Assembly: GCA_951406725.2 (NCBI GenBank)
Contig: OX597814.1
Location: 25,482,001-25,546,000, forward strand
Source of the DNA: Octopus vulgaris
Taxonomy: Eukaryota
Reading direction: 5' to 3'
Length of the DNA stretch: 64,000 nucleotides
Below are positions 13,750-27,320 of the stretch, piece after piece (the stretch's first letter is position 1; the number at the start of each line of letters is the position of its first letter). The notes under the pieces were generated by a model. The model made no database searches. It was not told where the DNA came from and was given only the letters and a program-made list of their open reading frames with translations. The translations under genes were made by a program, and so were the position numbers.

Positions 13750-15400
13750 TCTAGCAATTGATGAAAAATATTATAACATATAATCCAACTAAATTATCTG
13801 AGATTAACTGCATATACAAAAATACAATGTTTTTTTTTTCCGTAAGTATTACAAATAAAGAGCAAATAGAACTGGGATGTCTACAGAAAGTTTCTTCTAT
13901 AGTCATAGAAGAAATGAACAAAGGAGGAATTGTTGTAATAAAAGACTAGACCAATTACCAGAAAATGGTTTAGAACAACTAAGTTAATAAGATTGGTTAA
14001 CAGATAAATTCAAAATGTTTATAGATAAATGAGATGAATTACCTAAATAATTTTAAAGCAAAAACAGGCAATCTTTATGGACTACTGAAAATCTGTAACA
14101 GCTTAAAAGACTTCCATACATCATGTGAAAAAAGTTTCCAAACCATCTGATTTAAAATTACACTCAATTGTTAGAGGATCAACATCAAACACCCAATGAT
14201 TGAGCATTTACCTAGATATCATATCAGAACCATTATGCTGATTGTTTCCTAGTTTCATTAGGGATGGCATGGACTTCCTGAGCCACAATCTAGAAAGAGT
14301 AAATAAGAAATGATCCTGGTTAGCTATATTGTAACCAGCTTCTACAGAAATATCCCCCATGGATTTGGGTTGAAAGCAGTGGAATTCTGGATAGACAAGC
14401 ACCTAGATAAAACTCAAGAAAGATTTTTTTTAAATTATACTATGCAAATTACAATTCACGTATAAAAGCAACTACTCCTTTGATAACCAATATTGCATTC
14501 AAATAAAAGGGACAGCAATAGGCACAACATTTGCACCCATATTTGTAACACCAGTGGTGGAGTTCCTGAAAGTAAAACCTGTGCCCAATCCAAGATTACT
14601 TTTGATCAGTATTTTCAATATTATTTAAAAGAAAACTAGAAAATATTCCTGGTCAACAGAGTCATATCTTGGAACTGAGAAAAGGAAGATCTCAAGATTC
14701 TTTAAATAAATAAATAGTACAATAAATGAATGAAAGGGGGCTTCCTTTTATAAACATATTGTTAATTAAAGAAAATAAGACTATTTCAAATGATCTCCAT
14801 TGCAAGAACATGGAAACACACCAATATTTATACTTATAGATCATGCCAACCATCCCATTTTGGACAAAACGTGTGATTAAAAATAGTAAAATATGTTCAA
14901 TAGTTACAAGCTCAAATAGATAAGAAAAATGACTGATAGAACTACAAATATTCCTGCAGAGACAAAAGATAACCCCAAAATTTAGCAAATCAGACCATAA
15001 CCAAAACAAAAGAAATTCTAGTCCCTGACTATTGGAAAACCCCTGGTAATGAAAGTAAAAACAGAAGTAGAAGTAATTCATTTGTTTCACCCAGAAACCA
15101 CATCTTACACACAACGAAATGATGTATTTCAATTCTACACCAGCAATCAAATCTAATGAAAATAATTAATGAGCCACAAATTATTAACAGCTGAAGCCAA
15201 CCAACAGATCTTAACAAACTCTTAACAAATTGAAATTTGCATTAGAAGTAAAAGTAATGCAGATAACAAAATATGAAGATCTTCGTTATGGGATAAACAA
15301 ATTAATCGAACAGAGTAAAACCAAAAGGTTCGAGAATGGAGGGAATTAAAAATTAAGGTAAGTATGAATTACAAAACTAAAACTTTCTTTTATTACATCA
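13750..15400 (+). mobile_element. Decayed Penelope-like element (RT and linker, truncated before GIY-YIG)
   Basis: Broken frames give SIVIEEMNKGGIVVIKD (DKG motif), NLYGLLKI (YGLPKIHK-like), PSFIRDGMDFL and QIKGTAIGTTFAP. Homologous to 27320-28370; many stops and frameshifts. Confidence 0.85.
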
Positions 15401-15770
15401 TTTGACTGCGGCCATGCTGGAGCACCACCTTTAGTCGAGCAAATCGACCCCGGGACTTATTCTTTGTAAGCCCAGTACTTATTCTATCGGTCTCTTTTGC
15501 TGAACCGCTAAGTGACAGGGGATGTAAACACACCACCATCGGTTGTCAAGCAATGCTAGGGGGAAAACACAGACACACAAACACACACATACATATATAT
15601 ATATACATATATACGACAGGCTTCTTTCAGTTTCCGTCTACCAAATCCACTCACAAGGCATTGGTCGGCCCGGGGCTATAGCAGAAGACACTTTCCCAAG
15701 ATGCCACGCAGTGGGACTGAACCAGGAACCATGTGGTTGGTTAGCAAGCTACTTACCACACAGCCACTCC
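15398..15770 (-). mobile_element. tRNA-derived SINE, family A (extreme 3' tail missing)
   Basis: Reverse complement of the 11771 and 35722 copies; CpG-rich, so relatively young. Confidence 0.88.
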
Positions 15771-18700
15771 AATGAAATCAAAATTATTTTGGCCAAGTAA
15801 AATCTGCATGGCATCTTGAGCAAGTGTCTTCTTTTATGGATCCAGACTGGCCAAAGCCTTGTTAGAAAATTTGGTTGAGAGCAACTAAAAGAAATTTGTT
15901 GTGTGTGTGTGTAAACGTATGTATATGCACATATAGATGTATATATATATGTATATGCATACGTAGATGTATGTATATATATGAGCATATATGTGTGTTT
16001 GTTTTACACTTGCACTGTTTCCAAAATTGATACAAGTGGTGATGTCATTTCTCTTCTAAACAAATCATCTGCTATTTTGTGCCTTTGAAGACATGTGTAA
16101 TAAAAGATTCCTTATTTGAAAATATAAAAAAACAAGTAAGTGTTTGTAATAGAAAGGGCTTCCAGCAGTAAAACCAGCACCCAACACAAACGTTTGTCTA
16201 ACCCATGCCAGCATGGAAAAAATGGATGTAAATATTTTCCTTATGAACAAGTAGATAAATGCATGCAGCTGTCCACATACACACACATACACATATATAT
16301 ATATATATATGTATACATCGATGTATACATGCTTATATACATATTTACATACATATATGCACACACACACACACTCATATATAACATTAACCAAATAGCC
16401 AACTAATAAGCTTAGTGCAGATTTAAGCACAACATGGCTGCCATTCAATAGCTATCCCAAAGGAGTTTGATTAAGAATGTGTGAGCAGATATAAGATCCT
16501 AAGCTCAAATCCAGCCTACAGATGTTTATAAAATCCCTGAAGACTATTAGAGACTGAACTGATCCAAAGGGTAGTGTAGTAAACAAATACATGCTAGTCA
16601 AAAATATTTATGTTGTCATTGCAATAACTAATCTCAGATATAGAAGTAAATGTGAGAGTGTATCAAAATATTTTACCTGATTTGAAAATCTTTTATAGTC
16701 TGCAACAATGTCGTTTATGAATGTGGCTTAAATATTTTGATGCTTGCAAACATAGTAAATATTTTGAATTTTTACTTCAAACAACTACCACCAGTAGTCT
16801 AGCATTTGAACTTTCTATGGCTACAAAATAAAAAAAATAAAAAATAGCAGTCAATCTGAAAGAATGTTAGAATTTATGAAATACATGTCAATTTCTTATG
16901 TCATTTATCAAAGTTTCATTCTTCTTTGTATACATTATTTTATGAGTATAAATGAAGCAAAAGTAACTGATCTCATGAATGAATGCTCCATAGATTATAA
17001 AACTATTCCTTTAACAATTAAGCTACAGTGAATCTTATAACATTAATTTAGAGTTAAGCTCCATTGAAGCTATACTTTAACAACCTTCCTTTTGCTAAGA
17101 TACTGATTTTCTCTATGAGTCTGATCACGTAACTACTGTTAATCCCATTCAAATTAGACACTGATCTCTCTTGGAAAACATTCAAGTTTCTGGAATGTAC
17201 TAAGCTGAGCCAGGTTGTCTCAGAATGGTTGCTTGGAGATTTGAATAAATTATTACCTATTTTCTTGCGTTTTCTTAATTGCTATCTAAAACAACAAAAT
17301 CCAGGATGTTTTTCATTGCTAAATGAACTAAACTTTAAACTCAATATTGAATGCTAAATGAACTGCATCTGTAAATGAAAACACTGTTTTAGTCAAAGAG
17401 ATCTTAGACTCATGGTTGACACATCTAATTCCTTTTGTTTCGAAAATTCTAGCCAAGAAAAACAACAAACTGTGTTTATATAATATCCTTCCTTAATACT
17501 CCCATAAAATGCACAATAAAATTTGGGAAATTTGGAGTAACAAGATTTTTTTTGTGAAGCCAAAGATTCAGTTTTAGTGAATTAAAAATAGATCTTAAAA
17601 CAAAAACAGAAAAGAGACATACTCTTCAATTCAATCTGAAGGTAAGTAATGTAATGCATAAGAATAATGTTTATTAAATATGGTGTATCATTTAATCAGA
17701 ATGATAAGTACTGAATAACTTGTAATATAGCTGAATTATGTCTGTGACCCACTTCTAATTCTCAAACATAACCACTTTCTTTTGCTCATAACATTAATTC
17801 TCCAAAGTATGCCTGTCATATAATTTTATTTCTCTTCCCATAGAATACAGAGACCTTACACTGATGTAATAAATCATCATCCTCATCATTATTATTCATA
17901 AAAAATGTTTTTCTTCCTTAGATAAGTTGTTATGAATTTTGGCCTTGTGGAAATGTAGACATTTTTGTTGCTAGTGATTTTAGGGAAGGAGGGAATAATA
18001 TTCCTGTTGCTTTTTTGATGTCCTAGTTACTTTGTGATAATGTGAATAGAAATTTTGTTTGTTTAGATTTAGAAAGTCTTTTAATCCATATGTAGTGAAG
18101 AATTATGGAGAACTTTTGATTTTAAAGTTCCAACCATGCGACATCAGGAAGTACCACCTAGTTCCTGGGGAAAATGGCAGGCCATTACCACTACAAAGTA
18201 ACAGTCTTTCCTGGCTACTGTATCTATGGTGATAAGGGTTTGAAATATCTGAGAAAGTGTAGGGGTCATGCTATTTTACTAGTCAGAATGGAAATCAATA
18301 TTACTCTATCAGAAAAAGAAGTGGGGATAAAAAAATCAATAACGTTCTATTAGTCTAAATGAAAAATCTGCAGATATTTCATTTTCTCCCCCCACCCTAC
18401 ATTTTTTTTCTGTTTCTGTCTTTCTACCTGTATATCTTTCTTACTGTTACTAACTTCGTCTCTCACTCTTTTTCTAGGCCCTTTCACCTTTTCCTTTCTA
18501 TTTCTTTGTCTGCCCTTAGATATATTTTCTTTCTCTATTTACCTTCCTGCCTTTCTCTCCTTACCTCTACTCTGCCTTATCTTCTTCTTTACCTCAGTCT
18601 ATGCTTCACAATTTGGTGACTTCTAAGTTGCTTTCTCTCTCTCAGCTTCCCCTTTTTTCTTCTTCCCCTCTCCTTCACTCTGTTTTTATTTACTTCCTTT

Positions 18701-19066
18701 TATTTCTATTGTTCCCGATTTATATATGTATACTTATCTCTCCATTTACTTACCTACTTGTCCATCTATTTTCATATCATCCTCATCCTTCAGTATAGCT
18801 CCACATACATTCATATGTGCGTGTATACTTATATATACACATTTCTTCTATTTACATATGCACACACGTGTGCACGCATACACACACTCACACACACACA
18901 CATACTTATGACTCTGTGCAGGCACAGGCATGGCTGTGTGGTAAGAAGCTTGCTTCCCAACTACATGGTTCTGGGTTCAGTCCCACTGCATGGCACCTTG
19001 GGCGTCTTCTATTATAGCCTTGAGCCTTGTGAGTAGATTTGGTAGAAGAACTGAAAGAATCCCATC

Positions 19067-19134
<68 letters not shown>

Positions 19135-19144
19135 ATATATAAAT

Positions 19145-19390
19145 GTGCCCTTTTAAAGCCTAGCGAGGCCCATGGGCCCGGTTTCCCAGTTTCTATGGTG
19201 TATGTGTTCTCCAGCTGGACAGGACGCCAGTCCATCGCAGCCTTACTCTTTTTTGCCAGCTGAGTGATCTGAAGCAACGTGAAATGCAGTGTTTTGCTCA
19301 AGAACACAACACGTCGCCCGGTCCAAGAATCAAAGCCACAATCTTATGATTATGGTGCTGACACCCTAACCACTAAGCCATGCGCCTCCA
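19145..19390 (-). mobile_element. tRNA-derived SINE, family C
   Basis: Minus strand GGAGGCGCATGGCTTAGTGGTTAGGGTG head and GCTGCGATGGACTGGCGTCCTGTCCAG body. Confidence 0.82.
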
Positions 19391-19410
19391 CACACACACA
19401 CATATATATA

Positions 19411-19836
19411 TATAAAGTAAATTAGAGATAAAACCACTATTAGGCAACTCAAACAGGGATAGACATAAACCAAAACATAAAAAACAAAAAATAATATAAT
19501 TAATATAAAATATTAAATTTAAATTATTGAAATTTTAAAATTTATATTTATAAATTTTTATATTTTAATTTTAAATTTATAAATTTTTAAACTTTTAAAC
19601 TTTTAACCTCTTTTTTAGCTTTTTTTAAAAGTTTGAAAATTTATAAATTTAAAATTAAAATATAAAAGTATAAAAATTTATAAATATAAATTTATAAATT
19701 TCAAATTTCAATAATTTAAATTTTAAAGTTTATGTATATTTTTTATATTATATTAATTATATTTATTTTTTGTTTTTTATGTTTTGGTTTATGTCTATCA
19801 CTGAGTTTGAGTGGTTTTATCTCTAATTTAATTTAT
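19411..19836. repeat. AT-rich imperfect inverted repeat (fold-back), arms about 190 bp
   Basis: TAAATTAGAGATAAAACCACT...GATAGACATAAACCAAAACATAAAAAAC is mirrored by GTTTTTTATGTTTTGGTTTATGTCTATC...AGTGGTTTTATCTCTAATTTA. Confidence 0.85.
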
Positions 19837-19929
19837 ATTTATACTGTGAAATTTGATTTAATCCTAAATCTAATTTTTCCCTGTAAGTTTTGGATATACT
19901 CCCTAATATTATTAATATTATATATATAT

Positions 19930-20134
19930 CAACATGTGACCTCGTGAGCACCGCCAGCAATTTTTTTCCTCTGTCTTCCCTTCTCGGGATCTTTCCTTCT
20001 CCTTTGTTTCCAACAAAGAGCTCCGCTCGAAACGTTAAACCCTCCTCCTTCCCTTCTTTCCTGAGCGTCCAATAATACTTTATTTGTTCCACGTCCTCGC
20101 GTTGCTGTGTTTTTTTGTGTTTTCTTGTTTGGAT

Positions 20135-20138
<4 letters not shown>
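19930..20138 (+). mobile_element. Probable PLE terminal-repeat fragment with a degenerate hammerhead (20006-20040)
   Basis: GC-richer island between (TA)n tracts. GTTT-CCAACAA-A-GAGC-TCC-GCTC-GAAA-CG-TT-AAAC has HHR topology with a mutated core. Confidence 0.6.
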
Positions 20139-20165
<27 letters not shown>

Positions 20166-20716
20166 GTTTGTGTTTGTGTCTTTGTGTCTGTATTTGTCTC
20201 CATCCCACCATTGGATGGACAACCAATATTGGTGTGCTTACGTCCCCATAACATAATGGTTCATCAAAAAAGACTAGGCTTAAAAAGAATAAGTTCTGGG
20301 GTCACTCACTTCGAATAAAATCCTTTAAGGTGGTACTCCAGCATGGCTGCAGTGAAATGACTGAAACAGGTAAAAGAATAAAAGAATAATGAATATGTAT
20401 ATATGTATGTACGTATGTATGTATATATGTACGTATGTATGTATGTATGCATGCATATATGTATGCAAGTGTATGCATATACACATGGAGACATACATAT
20501 ATTATACCTGTGTGCGTGTGTCTGTGACTTGAGTCGTAAGATGTATGTGTAGTTAAAACATTCACTTATCATCTATGTGGTTTCTGGTTCAAACCCACAG
20601 CACAGTACAATGGACAAATCTCTTCTATTATAACTTTGGGTTGACCAAAGCCCTGTGGATAGATTTCATGGAGAGATATAGAAAGAAACCAGTCATACAT
20701 ACATGCATAGACACAC

Positions 20717-20767
<51 letters not shown>

Positions 20768-20784
20768 CATATATATATATATAT

Positions 20785-20832
<48 letters not shown>

Positions 20833-20944
20833 AACACGATTTTTCCGTGGCCGTTGCCAGTACTGCCTGACTGGCCCTCATGCTGGTGGCACGTAAAACC
20901 ACCCACTACACTCTCGGAGTGGTTGGCGTTAGGAAGGCCATCAT

Positions 20945-21300
20945 TTCTTCTATCACTTTTGCTTGTGGAGCATATGCTGAGAAAAATCTTGATCTTGAAT
21001 TTTCTATAACCAATCACATCTTAATTATTCTCTTGCATACCCTGACCATCTCGGTTATTTTATGCACCCATTTCTTAGTAAACAGAAAGTCTACCTACCT
21101 CTGCCTTCACTATTACTTATCCAGAAGAATTTGTACCACTATCTCTTCCATGTGAAGAGTTTGACCAAGGATCCTTTCCATCATGTCTCATTCACATAGC
21201 ACACATCCATTTGTCTCCACTCCAGCATTTCCATAATCTCACCAGACCTACTTTTCATAGTGCCATCGATTATAGTTGCAGCTTTAGAATTTGGGGACCT
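20945..21300 (-). mobile_element. RTE-clade LINE fragment, APE endonuclease N-terminus
   Basis: Minus strand MKSRSGEIMEMLEWRQMDVCYVNET*WKG and VDFLFTKKWVHKITEMVRVCKRIIKM*LVIENSRSRFFSAYAPQ, typical RTE APE motifs. Confidence 0.8.
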
Positions 21301-21759
21301 AGAGGAAGAGGAGTGCATCTTCAGTGGTAAGACTGTTAGACTCCTGATCCATTGTCTGACTGCATCTGTACCTATGGAGAATAATTTTAATTGAACCCTG
21401 CTTTGCTGGCAGTTTTAAGACATTATTTTTTTCCCTTTCATTTAACTTTCCTTCATTTATTCCTTCTCCAACATCTACTGCATATGCTGTAATAGATTCC
21501 ATTTAAACTATTATCAATAGACAAATAAATATATAATAAACATTCCTAATGTCATTAGGAGTACAATTGTTATGTGTAACTGTGATGAATTTTTACTACC
21601 ATCGTTGGGAAGAACTTAGTGCAGGGGTAGCTCTGAGCTATGGAGGAAATTAAGACAATGACAGAGAGTGGGAGTGCATCAGGCTTTCGTGAAAGAGTGA
21701 GGAAAAGCACTAAATATAATTTTAACACAAGTTTGTGGAATAGAAAGATAGATAGATAA

Positions 21760-21838
<79 letters not shown>

Positions 21839-22154
21839 CATAGATAGATACATAGATAGATACATAGATAGATATGTGTGTGTATGTGAAAGTGCACATG
21901 TGTTCACGTCCCAATTCCAAGATACCGTGCAATAGTTGAGAATAAGTTATTGTTATACAAAGAGTATCGTTTGCATGCAATCTTCCATGGCCATTTTACT
22001 GTTCGTGTTTAAAAGACAAATGGAAATTATTGCTTGAAAAGTGATGAGAGTTGGTGGACAGGAAAAGCATCCAAGAATAGGATATGTATCTCATCAAACT
22101 TCACCTGACCACTGCAAATATGGAAAGTAAACATGTGTGTGTGTGTGAGTGTGT

Positions 22155-23000
22155 ATTGGCATGGCTTGGCTTTGTGAGCAAAGATTTACAAGGGAGATAT
22201 GCCTACATATATTGCAAGCTTGCTGATGCCTAACAAGTCCAATTTGGGAAAAACAAGCACAACTGCAGTGGTTGCACAGAAAGGGTTGCACAGTGGTTGC
22301 ACAGAAAGTGTAGTGTCCTTGTTATTCTTCCTTTTCCTCTCTTTGCAATGATAGTCCTGCAGGTGTTTTCAAAGTTTGCTATTACTCGATGGGTGAGGGC
22401 ACGTGGCTTAGTGGTTAGGGTATTCGGCTCATGATCGTAAGGTTGTGAGTTCGATTCCCTCGTCGTCGTAACCGGCGGAGTCTTTTTTTTATTACCCGAT
22501 GGACAGTGAGATGCCAGGCTTCATGGTTAGCAGCAAGAACTGACCACTGGTAAGGATCAATGTGGCACACAACAAGGAACATTCTTAGGAAATTCTTGTA
22601 CCACTTCTTTGTGTTCCTCTATCACAGGGGTGAGAGGAAAGTTCCCCATATAGTGTGATCTTGGGAAGTGGATGATCCTCCATCCTAGAGACGTTCTTCC
22701 CAGTGTAGTTATGCCTTCAGCAGAGCTGCTTCAATGCTGATGACTTTCACCCACTCTAGTACCTCAACATTAGTAACTAAGTCACTTTTCAGAGGATGCT
22801 GAGGATGATGTGAAGGTAACACTAATGAAATCGTTCAAAGAGACAGGTGGTGCCTATAGATGACCCACAACTCTGAGTGAGTTGTTCAAGAACATGATCA
22901 GAACAAGGGCTCAGTAAACACTGATCTTGACCTCTTTCTTCAGATGGTTATTATTCCACCACCTTTTGTACAATCTGCCAAATGCGCTGTTTGCCTTGAC
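22155..23000 (-). mobile_element. RTE-clade LINE C-terminal fragment (second family)
   Basis: VSRMEDHPLPK (HVxRMxDxRLPK-like) and a terminal Cys/His motif FLCNHCSCACFSQIGLVRHQQAC; decayed. Confidence 0.78.
22393..22490 (+). mobile_element. About 100-bp tRNA-headed mini-SINE with target-site duplication
   Basis: A box TGGCTTAGTGG, B box GAGTTCGATTCC, then CTCGTCGTCGTAACCGGCGGAGTC and a T run. Flanks ATTACTCGATGG (22381) and ATTACCCGATGG (22491). Confidence 0.75.
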
Positions 23001-23206
23001 CACTCTATTATCAGCTTCTTTGTCGATTTTAACATCTTATGAGATGGTGCACAATAGTTGAGTCTTCTTGATGGTGGTGCGATGGGGTAGTGGTATTCTT
23101 GCAGTGATGTGAGTCGATTATCTACACACACACACATAAATATTACAGGTATACACACTCACACACACGTACGCAAGCACATGCATACATGTGTGTGTAT
23201 ATGTAT

Positions 23207-23243
<37 letters not shown>

Positions 23244-26066
23244 CGTATGCCTCAAAATGCATTTCATTGTTAAAAGTACTAACCATAAATGTGAAAAAAT
23301 ATCTCAATACTACTTTATAATGAAGCAAAATGAGTTATAAAGCAAAATTATTTGTCTTGTTTCGGCTTCAATATTATCTGAATAATGAGAAAAGAAGAGA
23401 AAAATTATATATATTCATAGAGTCTCTGAACTCCTGTATACAGACGATTCAGCAAAGAGATTTTGTATGTGTGTATGTGTGTTTGTATGTGTGTGTGTGT
23501 GAGTGTGTGTGTGCGCACGCATGCAGGGAAGGATGTATACGTTCACACACACACACAAACACACACATGATTGTAAATACATTTTAATTATTAATGTTTC
23601 ATTTCATTTTTTTGCATTTATTCTACCACTATTTGTGCTTCTTCAGTTTCATATTTATTTGTCTCTTGCTTTTATTATCATCCTCGTTTTATTTGTGCTT
23701 ATTTTATTTCTTTGTGTCATTCTCTTTACACACGTGCATGCACACCCACATATATCTTTATATACAGACAAACATACATATGTATGTACGTATGTGTGTG
23801 TGTGTGTGTGTATGATTATATACATACATACATACATACATATGTATGTATGTACGTGTGTGTATGAATATATACATACATACATATTCAGTGATTTCTG
23901 TATTAATCATGCCGCCACACACACACTATATCGAGGATATAAAGATTTATTTATTCATATCTTGTCTTATATTAGTCGTCTAGACTTTATTTTTAGCATC
24001 ATTATTTGTCCTCCAGTCTTAGTCTAAAGCATTCCAACCGTGCCCATTGTATCTTATACACACGAATTGTGCATCAACATGATCTAATGCATTGTTTTAA
24101 GATGTTACTGTGATATCTGAGGGAGTTTGGGTTGCTTTTTTCTAGTTAGGAGATTAAGTAGATGTTATTCTGCTGTAATAGTATTCTGTGGTTTTGACAA
24201 CAAATTTTTTTTATGATTGATTCAGGCTTGGATTTTGAGAGAGATTTGGTTCCTATTTCCAGTAGGTACTGAGACTGCATAGGTGGATCCTTATTGATTT
24301 ACTCAAACTATTGTATTCCAGTGTTGTGAAGTATATTCAGTATCTCAAATCCATGAGATAAAGAAATCATGTTGTATATGATCAAGAGAAAATTTGAAGA
24401 TTTTATTGGCAAGTTGTCTCCTTCAAATGCATTGTCGTTTTTCAATTGTCTGTTTATGTCCTGACTTCATTGAGATACAACAGGCTGAAACCAACATAAC
24501 ACTGGATCAACATATAGGATTGTAATGTCAGCATTATGATCGTGATCGAATAATTATTGAAATGTTCTTGCTATTGTATCATCCATTCGTTGCCTATGGA
24601 AACTAGTGTTTTATCTTCATATACCATTTGATTTCCTTCTGTTTTTGGTTTTCTGATGTCTTGAAAAGATGTCTGTAGAGATACAATTGTTACTCTATAA
24701 TGAAAGAAAAGTTTCTAGCAATCTCACACCAGTTCTAATTTTGATTATGACTCTAAATGTAACTTGTCATATCTATTACTAGCATTTGTTGCTACTATTA
24801 TTGAAAGCTTTTATTCCTTTATAAACCAGTTGGAATGTTATAGTAAGTATCCTGGTTTCCTTTCTCTAGGTATTAAGCAAAATTTTTGTGAGTCTTCATC
24901 TGTGCCATCGTCTTTCAGTAAATGTGCATTCGATATAGACTTGGATTCATTATATTCTGTGAAGAAAATAGTTATTTACCTTCCATCATACCCAGTCGAT
25001 CGTCAAATGGTAGTTAACAAATGACTTAGTGTAAGTTTTGAAAAATTTTATTCATACATTAAAGGAAATTTCACCCAGTCGTTATGTAATCGTTTGTCGT
25101 GCAAGTGAAATTGGGTAAATCTGCCCACATTGTAATATCATAGACATACGCAGATGCTAGTTGGATTGTACTTTCAAGTTAAAGGTTATCTTATTTACAC
25201 ACCGTCTCACTAATTCAGTCTGAAATTACTCTAAAGTTACATGGGTCAGTGAACTACTCAACTGTTTACACACCAGTTTCATGAGTAACTGAATGCTCAT
25301 CGTCGAAACCAAAGAAGGCTCTCTCATCGTAATAAACTTATGACTTCAATTGTAGATTATTCTCCAGAAATCGGTATTCAAAGGCCAATTTCAGTTGTGC
25401 TGTTAAGCTACAGTGATCAACGACTGTTTATTTTACTGCACACAGCAAAGATTTATCTGTACAGAATGAATTCTCTTCACTAACATCACATGCCAATACT
25501 TACAAGTACTTCCACCCATAGACAAAGACAGTTTAATCTGATTATATCGCAGGAAACGTCAATGTCTGAACTTGATGACACAATAGAAAGCACAATCTGC
25601 ATACATCTGATTCTGCAGTGTTCACTTCTATCCATTATAATACTGATTTATTTTAATAATGCATAAGTTTAATATATTATCAGTACTTATTTAATTGCCA
25701 CTAGAGATTAAATCATCGCCCCTGTTGAATTTGAACCCAAGACAAGTACATACAATTAATTATCAAGTCTGATATACTACAGTCCAGATCAAGTTCCTCA
25801 TATTTATCCCTCTAAATATTGACTTTAGATTTATGGTGGCTGAATAGTTAAGATATCAGAAGAGACAATCATAATCTCATGAGTTGAAATATTGTTGCTG
25901 ACTTCGTGCTCTTCCTTCAGATAGGCACATGATTAACCAGTTATTTCAAATGTTTGATTCATTACAACATGGTTCTGTGTTCAATCACACGGTCCTTTGG
26001 GAAAGGAACTTCTACCATAGTTTCTGATCTATCAGGCAGGTAAATGGAAAGTGGGCAATAATCTTC

Positions 26067-26170
<104 letters not shown>

Positions 26171-26746
26171 GTGTGTATGTGTGTGTGTGTGCACGTAATA
26201 TGTCTGCATCTTTAATATTTAAGGTTTTTCCATCTGAAAAATTCAAGTTAGCCACTGACCAAGTGGCAAGGCTTTTTTGCTACATTTAAACAAGTGCTCG
26301 GGGGGATCTGTAGTCGTTTGAATCGGTTGATATGAATCTATACACATGTTTATGCTCATGTATAATTTGCATTTGTGTGGTGAATGTGTGTTTTACTTTA
26401 GTATTCAAGTGTCACTGATACACATTTTTAATACTTTAGTTTACAAGTGTTTATTCTTCCCTCTTATGTGTATATTTTTATGCATTCCATATGTATATGC
26501 AGAGATATGCATATGCCTGGCCCAGAAAATCCACAGTGAATCTCGTTCCTGGAGCATTTTTTTCATATGTTTAGCATGGGAAACTCTTATAGAGAATCTC
26601 AGGAATGTTTTACAAATTTTAACTGCATCTATGTATATGTATATACACATCGTTTTCATTAACCAACTGAAGGAAAGATACTCAATATATGTTGTGTGTG
26701 TGTATAGTTGTATGTGTGCGTATAGTTTTATGTGTGTATAGTTGTT

Positions 26747-26783
<37 letters not shown>

Positions 26784-27253
26784 TTTCCTTGCTTGATGTG
26801 CCCCCAAATCCGTACACCTTTCTTCTTTCACGTTATAAAAATGCAAATCAGAAAATATATGTCAAATGCATAATATACATCATGGAGATATTTCTCAAAG
26901 TGTGTAATAACTATAATCAATATGAAACTAAAGTAAAACAAACGTAAATCTCTCTCACACACTTACACATGCACATACATATACATTTTTATTTTACCAA
27001 GCAGCATATTCGTTGTTATGGCACATAGCTGGTGAGAAAGTCACCAATGGTTTTGCATATTGTATTGCACTTGGTAAAGGGTTGTCAATATTGTTAAGTG
27101 TAATGCTAGATGCGAAGCCTTCGATTACTTTCTGACCTGGCTATATGCAAAGTCAAGAAATATACTGCTTGACAATTTAAAAGTATAACTACTCTATTTC
27201 CTTTTTGAAGTGTTTATTATTATTATTTTTGAGCAAAGTGCTCGATAACATAT

Positions 27254-27319
<66 letters not shown>

Positions 27320-27320
<1 letters not shown>

